Counted from the whole stretch's first letter, positions 23,800 to 36,144 are shown. The stretch is 63,265 bases of DNA, filler included, from Chiloscyllium plagiosum (GCF_004010195.1; 3 parts of one record of this genome joined end to end with filler, not necessarily neighbours in it); one strand, 5' to 3'. Numbers and translations are program-made. The notes: a model not told the origin generated them from the letters alone.

Positions 23800-24640
23800 T
23801 AGCCATAGGAATAGGAGTGGGCTATTCAGGCTTGTGCTGTCCTTCTGGCATTCTCTTATATTGTTGTTTATTTGATTTGTCTACCTTTGATCAAATGTCC
23901 TTAGATACTTACTCAACAAAACACTAACCTATATTGGTTTTAAAAGCAACAGTTCTCTTGGCCTCAATTTCCCGATTTCTGCTGTTCTTTATGTGAAAAG
24001 TACTTTCTAAAGTCATTGCTGAATAGCTTGTATCATGTTTTATGGTGCCAAAGACAGAAATTGCTAGAAAAGCTCAGCAGGTCTGGCAGCATCTGTGAAG
24101 AGAAATCAGTGTTAACATTTTGACTCCAGTGACCATTCTCCAGAACTCTGATTTCCTTCCACAGGTGCTGCCAGACCTGCTGAGCTTTTCCAGTAATTTC
24201 TGTTGCTGTTTCAGATTTCCAGCATTTGAAGTTCTTTTTTTCTCTCTCATTTTAAGATGACGCCCTTTGTTTCTGATTTCCTCCAACACAAGAAATAATT
24301 CCCACACTACCAAATCCATTAAGCATTTTAAGTACCACATCTAGGTTACCCTTTAATATTGTATACTCCAGGAAATACATTTCCATCCTGAGCCATCCTG
24401 ATTATTTCATCCTTTCAGTCTGAATACCATTCTGATGGATCTGTGTTGTACCACTCCGAGGTCTAACAATTTACTGTTGTTGAAATTCTGTGCCCAAATC
24501 TGAATACAGTACTGTAGATGAGGTTTGAGAAAGACTCTGTCTAACCCAAACACAACTTTTTTTTCTTTGTAACCTAGCCCACTTGAGATAAAGGTCAACA
24601 TTCCATTAGCTTTTCAAAAAAATATTTTGCTCCTGTGCAG
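23800..24640 (-). mobile_element. Old CR1 3' portion
   Basis: ORF 24407-24601 (..PHLQYCIQIWA..VQHR) is a decayed CR1 C-terminus. Confidence 0.7.
24051..24240. repeat. Fold-back PLE pLTR insertion nested in CR1
   Basis: cagaaattgctagaaaagctcagcaggtctggcagcatctgtg is inverted against cacaggtgctgccagacctgctgagcttttccagtaatttctg; decayed hammerhead at the centre. Confidence 0.8.
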
Positions 24641-24664
24641 TTTTCAATGATTGTGAATCTTACT

Positions 24665-25004
24665 TGGGACATAGACATTGCAGACAAGGATGACATTTCT
24701 TAAGCCTGATTGACTCTCTAAACAATTTCAGAGGGCAGTTAAAAGTCAACTATGTTGTTGTGGGTCAGGAGTCACCGGTAGGCCACACCAGGCAGATTTC
24801 CTTCCTAAAAGAATATAAGTGAAGCTGATGGGCTTTTATGACAATCATCACATGCTCACTATACAAGTAAATTCTTAATTCCAGATTTTGTTAAATTTAT
24901 ATTTCACCATCTGGCCGGGAGAGTTTTGAATTTAGTCTGCAGTTCATTAGCAGGGGTCTCTGAATTACTCATCCAGTGGCAATGCCACAACATCATTGCC
25001 TCCC
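24665..25004 (-). mobile_element. tRNA-head SINE sharing 3' tail with the second LINE family
   Basis: Reverse complement begins gggaggcaatg..; body (ggaaggaaa..gtgactcc.gacccaca..gttgacttttaactgccctctg) matches 60660-60750. Confidence 0.65.
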
Positions 25005-25049
25005 CATTCTTCTAACAAGTCTAGACTCTCACCACTTGGAAACTAGTCC

Positions 25050-26460
25050 AATTTAACTTTCTAAAGCGCAAAGTTGATGTCCTCACACATTGCTTTTCCC
25101 GCTTATTTAATCCGCCATCTTTCTTTTCAACTTTTTGCTCCCATTTTCAATCACCACTGTCCCATCTGATTGTCAATTGCATGTTTGGATACCCACCTTT
25201 GACGATACTGTAGCTTTCAGAGGTGTGTTTTGTCCTTTTTTTTGAAGAGAGGTTTTAAGGCTGAGGCATTGAGCTGACTAGTGAAAACCCATAAAGTAAA
25301 CCGCTTAGGAGGTCTTGTTTTTTGTTTCGAAGGTAGGAACAACGGAAGCAGACTAAATGGGTGGAGCAGGCTCTCACAGAACCAAGATTTTTAGTTTCAT
25401 TTTTCAGAAGCAATTGTTCCTAGGTCTTGAATCTGGGTAGCAGCTGCAGTATATATGTCCCTGCTACTCTCTCTGTCTTTCAGAGTTTTCTCTTTATTTT
25501 ATTTTCTCCTGCTGCTGGAATTACATGTGGGACAATCTGTTTTTCTGAATTTGCCCTTGTCAAGGATGTTTCAATGGGATGTTACTATATAGGAACAGTT
25601 ACTGTTTATCAGTTAAATAATCTATTATTCTGTTAAGTTTTACAATTGAGTTGTTATTCCATTTTCTTTCTTTTGTTGTATTTTAACTACATGAATAAAG
25701 TGTATTTTGCTTCGAATCTGGTTGTGACCAATCCAATTGCATCTGGAACACAACACCTTATAGTTACCTTTAAAATAAGAAACCATTAGGGTCTAGACTA
25801 TCTTCTGAATATATTTTGAAAGGGGTTGGTCTGCTCCATAACACACCACTCTATTCCTCCACCAAGTCTTCAATAAATGTGGTGAAAAATTAAAGACCGA
25901 GGATGGATGTCTGGGAACATCACTTCACGCATTCCACTAGTTGTTGTACATCACCTTTATACCCACTGTATCAGACCACCCACCAATTTCCAAACCAAGT
26001 CAAAAGGATATCTCCAATCCAATGTACCTCATATTTTTTAAAAAATGTATAAATTCTTCTATGGAACCTTGATGAATGCCTGCTGGAGATCATATAGACA
26101 ACATCCAATAACACTCCCCTCACTTGTGATCATCTCAAGAAATTAAACTGGATTAGGCAGACAGGACTTGCTGTTTAAAAATGCACAGGTAGTTTGACCA
26201 GTGCTCAAACATTCTGCCCCCATTATCAGATTTCTGATAATTTCCCATCATATTGATTGGACTTGACAGATTTGCAATTGCATTTCTTTTCTCTCTCATA
26301 TACTTCTTAAATCATGGATTGACATTAGCTAATTTTCAATCTAAAGGCACTATTCTTGAAAAAACACTATTCAAAAAAACTTTAGAAAATTATTATTAAT
26401 GCATCTGCAAGTTTTTTCTGCTAATTCTATTCATGCCCAGAGATAGAAACTATCAGGTCC
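25050..26460 (-). mobile_element. Highly decayed CR1 RT region
   Basis: Residual motifs, e.g. ggaaccttgatgaatgcctgctggagatcatatagacaacatcc (minus strand ~DVVYM...AF.KVP). Confidence 0.55.
25198..25843 (+). mobile_element. Probable solo LTR with 4-bp TSD
   Basis: CACC (25194-25197) | tttgacg ... cataaca | CACC (25844-25847). Ends are imperfectly inverted, with internal AATAAA near 25694. It interrupts a CR1 relic. Confidence 0.65.
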
Positions 26461-26659
26461 TGAAGATTTGTTCTTTCTTCAATTACAATTTTTTAACTAA
26501 TATTGAATCTATGAAGTCTCTCCCTTTATTTCTGTTCTTCGTTTTCTTTATACCTCTGCCAATTTCCATCTTCCTCGACTACAAAATGCATGTAAAGTAC
26601 ATGGAACGGGTCTACTTTTTTTAAGATACTTTCTAATCGATGTATTAATCAATCAATCT

Positions 26660-26921
26660 AGTTGTAAGTTGGAGACAGGAAGTTTGAGGAGATGTAAGGA
26701 AAAGAATTTTCACACAGTGGGTGATGGGAATCTGGAATGCACTGCCTGAGAGGATAGTAGATGTGCAAAACTTCACAACCATTGAAAGATATATGGATGA
26801 GCACTTTGGAATTGCATTTGGAATTAAATGTTATGAGCAACTTGCTGAAAAGTGAGGTGAGTATAGATAGGCTAGTACAGACTTCATTTGTACAAGGGTC
26901 TCATCTGTGCTGTATGACTCT
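26660..26921 (+). mobile_element. CR1 3' end
   Basis: ttttcacacagtgggtgatgggaatctggaatgcactgcctgag..ctgtgctgtatgactcta. Confidence 0.75.
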
Positions 26922-26924
26922 AAC

Positions 26925-27025
26925 CTGTTCAGAGATAAACTTACACACTTTAGGAGTATGTGGGACTTGAACTTAGGCTTCCTGGCTCAGAGGTAGGGAT
27001 ACTACCATGGCAACATAAGGGCCCC
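26925..27025 (-). mobile_element. Short tRNA-head SINE-like element
   Basis: gggacttgaac..ctggctcagaggtagggatactacca, same family as 15310-15425. Confidence 0.55.
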
Positions 27026-27149
27026 CTAGTTTTTCAAAATGTTTTCTAATCAACCCGTTTACTGATGTTTATTTTCTAATCAACCTAAACAGAGACATTA
27101 TCACACAACTCTGGAGCAGATGGGGCCTGAACATGGCCCTCAGGAATGA

Positions 27150-27287
27150 GCTCATTTCTAATGAAGGGCTTTTATCCAAAACGTCAATTCTCCTGCTCCC
27201 CAGATGCTGCCTGACCTGCTGTTCTTTCCCAGCAACACACTCTCGACTCTGATCTCCAGCATCTGCAGTCCTCACTTTCTCCTCCTT
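27150..27287 (+). repeat. PLE family-B pLTR with decayed hammerhead
   Basis: ctaatgaagggcttttatccaaaacgtcaattctcctgctcc..ctgcagtcctcactttctcc. Confidence 0.82.
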
Positions 27288-27299
27288 GAGAAACACTTT

Positions 27300-27850
27300 G
27301 GCCCTGATTGAATGAGGGAGTAGACTTGATGGACCGAATGGTCTAATTCTGCTCCTATATCTTATAGTCTTGTCATTTTTCTCAATACCATATCCCTTGA
27401 TGTGATTAATAATTAGAATTATATCATTCTCTGAATTCAGTGCGCTAAATGATTGAACATCCATTCCTCTGGGTAGAGAATTTCAAGGATTCCCCATCAT
27501 TCAAGTAAAGATGTTTCTCCTTCTCTCAGTCTTAATAGCGTACATTTTATTCTGAGACATTTTGCCCTGTTTCTAGACTCCACAGCCTGGGAAAACATAC
27601 TTTCTGTGTCTACTCTGTCTATCCCTTTTTGAGAACTTTGTACATTTTGTTGAGACAGCTTTTTATTCTTTTAATTCTGCAGAATACAGGCCCACTCTCC
27701 TCTGTCTCTTCTGATAGGACAGTGTCATCCAGCCAGTCATCAGTCTTGTGAACCACCACTGCAATCTGTCCACATCCAAATGCGCCCTTTCAATGAGGGG
27801 TACAGAACTGACAACCTTCCAGGTCCAGTCTTTCCAGTGTTATACAAAAT
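27300..27850. mobile_element. CR1 3' tail (+, 27300-27370) abutting an old CR1 3' fragment (-)
   Basis: ggaccgaatggtctaattctgctcctatatcttat tail, then ctctgggtagagaatttcaaggattc.. typical of minus-strand CR1. Confidence 0.6.
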
Positions 27851-28649
27851 CCATGAAGCCTATATAACATAATGCAAATATCTTTTCTGTACTGAAGACG
27901 AGTTATACAATTAAATGCGTGAATCCATTATTGTTTTTGTTTTACTGAATGTGAAACCTGTTGCTGACATTTGGGACTAAGTAGAGGCTCAGTTGAAGGA
28001 CATTGGCACCAAATCGGGGTTTATGGGAGGAGTGTGATAATGTGTTGCATCTGTCAGGTTTCTTGCCTCTTCATAAGTAGTGAAGCTCAACTACTGCTTA
28101 TTGGCTGAATTGAATACTTCAGGCATCCAAAATTAATTAGGAAGAGACTTAAGTAAATTGTACATGGCCTGCATTCTATACCTTCTCAGTTTTTTTTGCA
28201 GGGGTATGTGGAATTCCTTGATCTCTTTATGTTGATCCTGGTTGTGAATACTTGTGATACATTATATCAAGTCCTTAATGAATACCAATTTGGTGTTTTT
28301 GATGTGGCAATGGATTGTAATGTATAACTTTGCTGTCTGATAAAAGACAAATGAAATAGGCTTTATGATGTTATATTAAATTAGAATTACAAATATAAAT
28401 CAGAGAGGCTATTCAATTTTTAAATCAGAAAATTGAAATGATTTATGTCTAGATTACCTTGTAAATAATAAAAGGGCTGTTATATTCCTACAGTTGAAGA
28501 AGATATTTATTACAAAGCATTTAATTTTCTACATTATGAAATCATGTTTTATTTATTCTGTTCTTCTTGAATATTTAGTTCAGCCAGGATATGATTCAAT
28601 AATGTGCCGTCATTTAGATTTTATTGGTGTGCAAGGTGATTTGGGGAGA

Positions 28650-30035
28650 GAAAATTGGGAAATTAGACTAAAAGCTAGGATGGTTAAAAAAAAGGTAAAA
28701 ATTTAAAGGATTATTTTATAATCTACATTTTGAATAAGAATTTCATGGTAAATGTGGAAATTGAAAAGTAAAATGAAAATACAAGAAGTAAGGGAGTACT
28801 AGATTTTAAAAAAGACATAATTTTCCTGAGAAAAGCAGTAAGTCTGAGCATAGAGGGAGTTTTAGAAACCAGCAAAGAATGACTGTAAACAAAAGTGAAA
28901 ATTGGGAAGAATAGAAAGAGATTGCACAAGCAAGAGTTACAAAAGCAAGTTATAAAATCTTCTCAACAAATGCAGAGAGTAACCGTGAGTCCATAGCTTG
29001 GGCAAGGGAAATTAAGTGAGTAATAAAAAAAAGGCCTTAAACCTTAAATAAATATTTCTTTCAATCTATATTCATAATACAAGACAGAAAAGATTCAGAA
29101 ATAGTTGGAACCAAGCCAGAAATGTATCAGGAAAGTTAACCTAATGCAGATTCCTCATATTTTCCTGCTTCATACCATCAATCCCATCTCCACTGGGTTG
29201 GTACAATTCAGTCCAAAGAGTGTTGCAGAGAGATACAGACAGGTTAAATGAGTGTGCAAAAAAATGGCAAGCAGAATATATTGTGAAGTTATTACTTTAG
29301 TAGGAAAAAGAGGGGAAAAATGATTACTTTTTCAAATGACAAAAAAAATTATTAAACATGGAAAACCAGAGGGATTTAGTTGCCCTTATCAAACACAGCA
29401 AGTTAACATGTCGGTGCAGGATGTTGACATTAGCTGCAAAGGGTTTGAAGTCGAGGCTTAAGGAAGTCATGCTGCCATTGTACAAGGGCTTTGGTGAGAC
29501 AATACCTACATTATGAGGATAGTTCTGATCTCTATAACAAACAATAAATATGCTGCATTGGTGAAATCAGTGTTCACTAGGTTTCTGGGGTGAGAGGATT
29601 CTGCAAGGGGAGATGAAAATGAATGGTTTTACAGTATACTGCATGGAGTATAGAAGTAAGTGACGCCATCTGGTTGAAACATTCAGATTTTAAGGGGCTT
29701 TGACAGGATAGATAATAATGAAACCTCAAGAATCTAGAACAAAATGGCATACTCTTAGGATGAGGGGACAATCTCTTTGGATTAAGATGTGGAGAAAATG
29801 TTTTCACTATGAGCGTTGAGAGTCTTTGGAATATACCATCATAGGGGGCTGTGAATGCCCAATTTGTCAATATATTCAAGATTGAGATTGATGGATTTTT
29901 TTTTGGATGCTAAAGAAATTAAAGGATATTGGCATCCAATAGAAAAGTAGAGTTTGGGTTGAAGATCAGCCATGACCATGTTGAATGGATCAACAAATTG
30001 TATGATCTACTCCATCTTTTCTGTTCTATGTTCTC
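28650..30035 (+). mobile_element. Old, fragmented CR1 ORF2/3' end
   Basis: gttgcagagagatacagacaggttaaatgagtgtgcaaaaaaatggcaa (LQRD.DRL.E.AKKWQ) through the 3' UTR gaagatcagccatga..ttctatgttct. Confidence 0.7.
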
Positions 30036-30289
30036 GAATGCATTTCCTCACTGTTAGGTACATTTGCCAATGCTGCCTCTGGAAAGTATCCATTATTTAT
30101 GAGTGTTCACTGAAAATAAATACCACAGGCTGTTTGGCCACGGGGCATTACACTAAAGCCATATCTGGTTCTCACCAAATATCCCATTTATATTTCTAAT
30201 TAAAGGTCAAAGGTGATGTATTTTCAGTGGGAATCATGGCAACAGTTGTCAACTCTAAATCAGAAATATTGGATAGAATGGGGGATTAT

Positions 30290-30341
30290 TACATATGTAT
30301 TATATAGATATAGAGAGAGTTATATATATATATATATATAA
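30290..30341. repeat. (TA)n microsatellite
   Basis: tatatatatatatatatata run. Confidence 0.85.
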
Positions 30342-30374
30342 AACTAAATGTGATGTAATACATAAATAAAAATT

Positions 30375-30640
30375 ACTAGAGGCATGGATAAGGTAAATAG
30401 TCAGAAGCCCTTTGCCAGGGTGAAAATGTCAAATAGTAAGGATCATAAGTTTAAAATGAGAGGGGGTAAGTTTAAAGGTGATGTGCGTGGCTAGTTCTTT
30501 TTTTACACAGAGGGTAGCTGGTTCACTGAATGCACTGTCAGGGGAGGTGGTAGATGCTGAAATGATAGCAACTTTGAAGAGGCATTTAGACAAACACTAA
30601 ACAGGCAGAGATCAGAGGAATATGGACCATTGGCAGGTAG
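30375..30640 (+). mobile_element. CR1 3' fragment
   Basis: agaggcatggataaggtaaatag..ttacacagagggtagct..gaggcatttagacaaac. Confidence 0.78.
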
Positions 30641-31458
30641 ATGACACTTCCCTTATCCACTTATAGGATAGTTAGGAAATACAGACCTATATTGCAGGGA
30701 GCACAGCAACTAGTGTTCAGACACTGCTGCAAGGCATCCAGGCTGCATCTCAAAGCTGCTTGTTTGCTCTTTACGTCTGCTCACTTAGTGCCTACCAGAG
30801 TGTTCAGAGCATTCCTGCCTTGCTTTTGCCAATGTTGTGCCAATTAGTGCAGTCACACCAGCAGATTGCCTTGCTGATCAGCAGTCTTCTGTCAAGGGGG
30901 CAGACATCTTGCTGTATAACACCAAGCAATGTCAATCTCAGTAGTGCATCATGTGCCAGCAGCTTACCCAGCAAACAAGCAGCTATCTCTCAAAATCTAA
31001 GGTGAGTAATACTCACTGAAATCTTTAAAGGCACCCATCAGCAAAGGGGCTCCAGGCACAAGAGATCAGAAGCAGCCTCCATTACCAATCTAGGGCATCA
31101 ACCACAGTCAGCAATTTGGTCAGGTTGTTCTCAGTCAGGAGGTCCGTGTTTCTGCAGTCCAGCTCTGCAACTGCATAACAGTCAGGCCTGAGGGAATGTG
31201 ATCAGAGGTCTGGGTCTCTGGAGTCCAGAGAGTAGATCATGGTCAGTGCTGTGGCACCACAACAGCCAGTCTGGAGGGTTGGGGGGATGGGGAGGTTGTT
31301 GGGCCTATGCAGTTTGGGAGAGGTAGAGATAGGAGTCAAGAATGTGGGAACTTCTTGTCCAGAACTGTCAGGTAGGGTCAATCACTCAGGTCCATGCAGA
31401 GAAACTAAAGGAAAGTTAGGAGGAGGTTGGGGGACAAGATGACCAGCTGGCATGAGAA

Positions 31459-31524
31459 GATTCTCCTGTTCCCTGGATGCTGCCTGACCTGCTGCGCTTT
31501 TCCAGCAACACATTTTCACTCTGA
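31459..31524 (+). mobile_element. 66-bp PLE family-B pLTR insertion with 7-bp TSD
   Basis: atgagaa (31452-31458) | gattctcctgttccctggatgctgcc..ctctga | atgagaa (31525-31531). Confidence 0.78.
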
Positions 31525-31625
31525 ATGAGAATTAGGCCTATATTTTAGTGCAGGCCAAAAGGCTCTTCACCTCATGATGACTTGTTGGGCATCAAATATT
31601 AAGAAGCACCCTACATGATTATATC

Positions 31626-32297
31626 AGCTGAATTTTACCCAGATTGCAAGCGTCGTGGATTCGAATGTGGGAAGTGACCTTGTTTGAGCCATGAAGGGGC
31701 CTATCGAAACGTATTTCCATCTATGGCAACCAATGAAGAATCGTGGTTAACCATCAAGAGATGTTGACTTAGCATCACTCAGCAGCTTCAGCAAGGCCAT
31801 TAGTGATCATTTTTGGGGCTGCAGCAGCATGGAGCTGGTATCTAAATATTCTGACGGGCTGGCCCACATGATTGGAGGGGAATGTTTTTAAGTTCTTGTA
31901 GTGCCATTGCTGTAGAAGCAGCTACTGCCAATGAGCTAAATCCTCCAATGCCCAAAATGGACCCTGTCACACACTCCTCATTCGGCACGTTCCCCCCCAC
32001 CCATTCCAGAGTCTATTGACAGTCCATCAGAGTTCACTAGGTGGTCTCTTCATATGGCTGCAGTCTTCCTCAACATGGGTAAAATACTTACCGAGACAGG
32101 AAATGTCACTTAATTGGAAACTTTCTCAAATGATCTCTGATGACCAGCCTATCTGTGAATTTTCCCACCGCTGGAAAAATGCCTTGGTGGGAAAGACATT
32201 GGCAAACTGCACTCACTACCACCACACCCAACTCAACAACTTCCTTTGTCATATCACTAACTTTCCAAATCCTATAAAAACTGGTAAAATTCAAGCT
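31626..32297. mobile_element. Putative non-autonomous TIR DNA element (MITE-like)
   Basis: tgaattttacc (31629-31639) and ggtaaaattca (32283-32293) are perfect 11-bp inverted repeats, extendable to about 14 bp with one indel. Confidence 0.5.
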
Positions 32298-33575
32298 TAG
32301 TTATGAATTTAGGGAGTCCTCAACACTGTGACCATTGATAAATCAGTGCGCCAACTGAGAGAAAGTTTTGGATTTCGTTGTTTAACTGCACATATGCATA
32401 CTCTAGAGGTTGCAATCAATTTCAGATAAATGATAGCATAGGCACTGAAAATTTCATTGTTACTACTATCAAAAAGTCTGGGCCAATATGTTTTGGAATT
32501 AGTGATGAGAATGCAGTGTTCACTGCAACTGAACTGGAATGTTTTGCTGCATTTATATTCTCACTGCCACTCAATAACTTTGCTATCCTAATACTTAATC
32601 AGGTAGCTATTTATTATCAGATAACACCATTTTATTATGAAAGATTTTCATTCTATTTTGAAACTGGATTAATCAATACAAAAGCTTGAAGTCAGCCTTT
32701 ATATGAAATATAAAAACATTATTGGTGTAATCATAGGAAAAACTTAATAAACCACTTCAGTGAATAATGCTCATCTATGTACAATGCAAAGTGAAACACA
32801 GTATTGATGTTATTGAACATGGCTTCCAGGTATTGCAGAATATTAGATAACTTACATTTGAGTGGGTTGGCTATTATTGTCATTGAAAGTATATGAAGAA
32901 TTACATTACTGGGCTTGGAGTTCCACAAGCTTGTGATAACTAATAGCAGATAATGACCACATTTCCACAAAAAAATGTTCTTTCCTCCTGTGGTAGAAAT
33001 TATTATCTTTTGAAATTTGCTCATCTTGCATTTGTTTTGATGAGTACAAGACAAAAACCTTCAGCAACACTTTAGCAATATTACAACAAATAACTAAAGA
33101 TGAACTAAGACAAAATATTATTTTAAATCATAAGTGAACAGTCTTTTGAGCAGTGATTATCAGAAAAAGAGGTCATGAACTCAACTGATCACCTCAAGAT
33201 GACAACCAAGGGAAAACATTAAGAAAGACTTCTGGCGCAAACCTGAATGCACATCAAATGATTGTCTTTCCTCTAGGGTTTGAAATATGGCACAGAAGAG
33301 CAAATAAAAGGTCATACATTTGGCTTTTACCTTTGATTAATAGTAACAAATTTCCTTTATACTGCAAATCTAATATAACAAAGGATATAGAGAGAAAATA
33401 AACCAAAGAAGAAATTCGGTCAGGTGATCAATAATTTGGTCAAAGGCTTGAATTTTATGCAAATATTTAATAAGAAGAGGGATATGGAAAAACAAAATAA
33501 GTACATGAAGGGACAGGAAAATTTGATAAGGTGTTAACAAAGTATTTGAATACTTTTCTTTATTTGCTGAGTCGT

Positions 33576-33752
33576 CAGTCCACATTTGTGCAGGTCAGGT
33601 GAATTGGCCATGGTAAATTGCCCATAGTGTTAGGTGCATTAGTCAGATGGAAATGGGTCTGGGTGGGTTACTCTTCGGAGGGTCGGTGTGTACTGGTTGG
33701 GCTGAAGGGCCTGTTTCCACACTGTAAGGAATCTAAAAAAATCTAAAAAAAA
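33576..33752 (+). mobile_element. 5'-truncated HE1-type SINE
   Basis: gtgcaggtcaggtgaattggccatgg..gggcctgtttccacactgtaaggaatcta matches 17330-17470. Confidence 0.88.
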
Positions 33753-34320
33753 GGTTATGCTAGAGCTATATTAAACACTAGCTTGGTCACAACTAGAGAA
33801 CTGAATGCATTTCTGGTCATTTAATTATGGAAAGGATGTAATTGCACCAAAGATGGTACAAAGGAGAATTATGAAGCTGTTACCAGGACTGAGAAATAGC
33901 AGGACCTATGAGAAAAGATTGGATAAGCTGGGATTGCTTTCCTTGGAACAGAGGGGGCTAAGAGGAGAATTGAGTGAGATGTAATAAGTTACAAAGAGCC
34001 TATAGAATGGATAGGAGGAACCGATTTCTCTTATCAGGTGGGAATCTGTGATCAAGAGGCATTGATTTAAAGTAGTAACAGGATTGGATGAGAGATGTGG
34101 AAAGACCTTATCGCCCAGGGATATTAGGAACTCTCAGCTTGAAATTGTAAAGGAGACTGAAACCGTTGATTCATTTCAAGGGTTCCTTGATATATACCTG
34201 AAATCCTATAGCCTCCAAGAATGTGGACCAAATGCTAAATTATGGGATGAGGTGGTGTTGTTCATTTTTTAGTAGGTGCTTACACATTAAGGAGGTGCTA
34301 TAAATTTTCTACATTTTCTA
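33753..34320 (+). mobile_element. Old CR1 3' fragment
   Basis: ..acctatgagaaaagattggataagctgggattgctttccttggaacagagggggctaagaggaga (YEKRLDKLGLLSLEQRGLRG). Confidence 0.8.
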
Positions 34321-35075
34321 AATGTTCTAAATATTTGAAGAGGAGGAAATGTGCAGGCATATGTGGAGAGAGCAGGGCAGTGGCAGTATGTAAATAATTC
34401 CTTTGGACGACCAGCACAGACAATGATGGACTGAATAACTGTCTTCCCTGCTGTCACAATCCTATGGTTCTATCACTGAGACCTTCACCTGTATGATGTC
34501 TTCACTTTTTCTGGAAATGTGATGGCTGGAAATCCCCCTAACCTGGCTCCAGGTTTAAACTATTGATACCTGGATGGGCGAGGACCGTATCACAGAGGTG
34601 CTTTCTTTGAGGACAGAACAAGCATTGTCATTTCACTGCTGACCATTAGATCTGAACCATGATTAATTTCTTAGAAGTGCAATGTCTTTTGATACATCAA
34701 TAAAACCTACCTAGGTTTTAAAATGTTTATGAAATGAGGGATCAACTTGGAATGGAAAGAGGGGATGATTTTGAAATTTGTGAAGGGGGAAATGGTATAT
34801 TTGAGTCTGCAGGCTCATTTGAGTATGGGCAAGGGAGCTCTGGGATGCCAACAAGTCTCTTGCTGCAGCTTAGTGAATATCAGCAAGTCTAGGGCAACAC
34901 CAGCCCATAGTATTCTTGAAAAGTCAGAATTACTACTCTTGTTCATTTTGATACTACAAGAAAATTCAACTTCTAGCTGTTGCCAAGTCTGATTGACCAG
35001 TGAACAAGGAGCAAGTCAGTTACATATTTCAACCATTGTTATGGTAGAGGGGAAATGGCCGATGCTGTTTTTAAG

Positions 35076-35216
35076 GAGGGATCAACTAGGAGAAAGTGAG
35101 GACTGCAGATACTGGAGACCAGAGTTGAAAAATGTGGTGCTGGAAAAACACAGCAGGCCAGGCAGCATCAGAGGAGCAGGAGAATCGACGTTTCGGGCAT
35201 AAGCCCTTCTTCAGGA
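35076..35216 (-). mobile_element. PLE family-B pLTR insertion with perfect 14-bp TSD
   Basis: atgctgtttttaag at 35062-35075 and 35217-35230. Confidence 0.88.
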
Positions 35217-35218
35217 AT
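35183..35218 (-). ncRNA. Minimal type I hammerhead motif (family B), intact core
   Basis: Reverse complement reads attc-CTGAAGA-A-GGGC-TTAT-GCCC-GAAA-CGTC-gatt. Confidence 0.75.
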
Positions 35219-36144
35219 GCTGTTTTTAAGACAACATTCAAAGGTGGAACACTACAAAAAATGCAATGTGCTGATAGTTGGGACAGTATCACTGAAATTA
35301 TTTTTATGCCCTTATCATTTTCTTAACATTCATTTCGAATGGTCCCCTTACCTTTGCTCCAAAGCACACTGGGTATTACTTTTGTAAAGCTGTGTTATGG
35401 TAGTTGTTAGCAGCCTCTTCAATGCTGATCTTATGCTTCCATTTCGCACCCAGTCTGACCCCAAGTGCTGGTGCTGGAGCAGGAAAACCTTGTTCCTGAT
35501 TAATTCACATATTTTAGAGCTTGTTCCGCCTTCTCAGCATGATTATCTACTCTTTGTACCTCACTCACAATGATTTCTAAGTACCTGGAGTGATAAAAAT
35601 TACAAAGTAATTAGTATCAAGACTAAAAACCTAAGTGTCTCTCAAGGGACTGCTTAACTCGACAGGGGAGAAGGCTAACCACAGCTCTCAAATACTTTTG
35701 CCTAATGGTTACAGGATCATTACCTACAGGAGCATTTCCTTATTTAAACATTCAATCACTTCGTAAAAATCATAACTGGCTTCAAAAAGCTAGCATCACG
35801 TAAATGCGCATTGTAAAAATACAACAGTAGGCAGCTCAACCCACACAACTGTGAGCATTGATTCTGAATTCTTGAAAATTAACATAATACAAATTGAAAA
35901 TGGTAGCAATGTATAGCAGTTTTGTCAGTGTGAGAAAGTGAAAGAAACAACATTTTAGCTAGGAACTTTTTTAAAAAATCATAAAGCTTTCAATTACAGA
36001 GAATCTGATTTCTCGCAAGGATATTTGTTCATTCTATCATTTTTGTTATTCCTATTCAATACACCTTCAAAATCACTTGTCGTATTGATTATTTGCCAAA
36101 CATATACTGATCTCCTTTACTTTAAATCAGTCAATGTCTGTATT

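Noticed and set aside
35352..35495. 144-bp open minus-strand exon candidate with AAG/gtaagg donor
   Set aside because: Weak polypyrimidine tract, no recognisable peptide, and phase incompatible with the 13139-13208 candidate.
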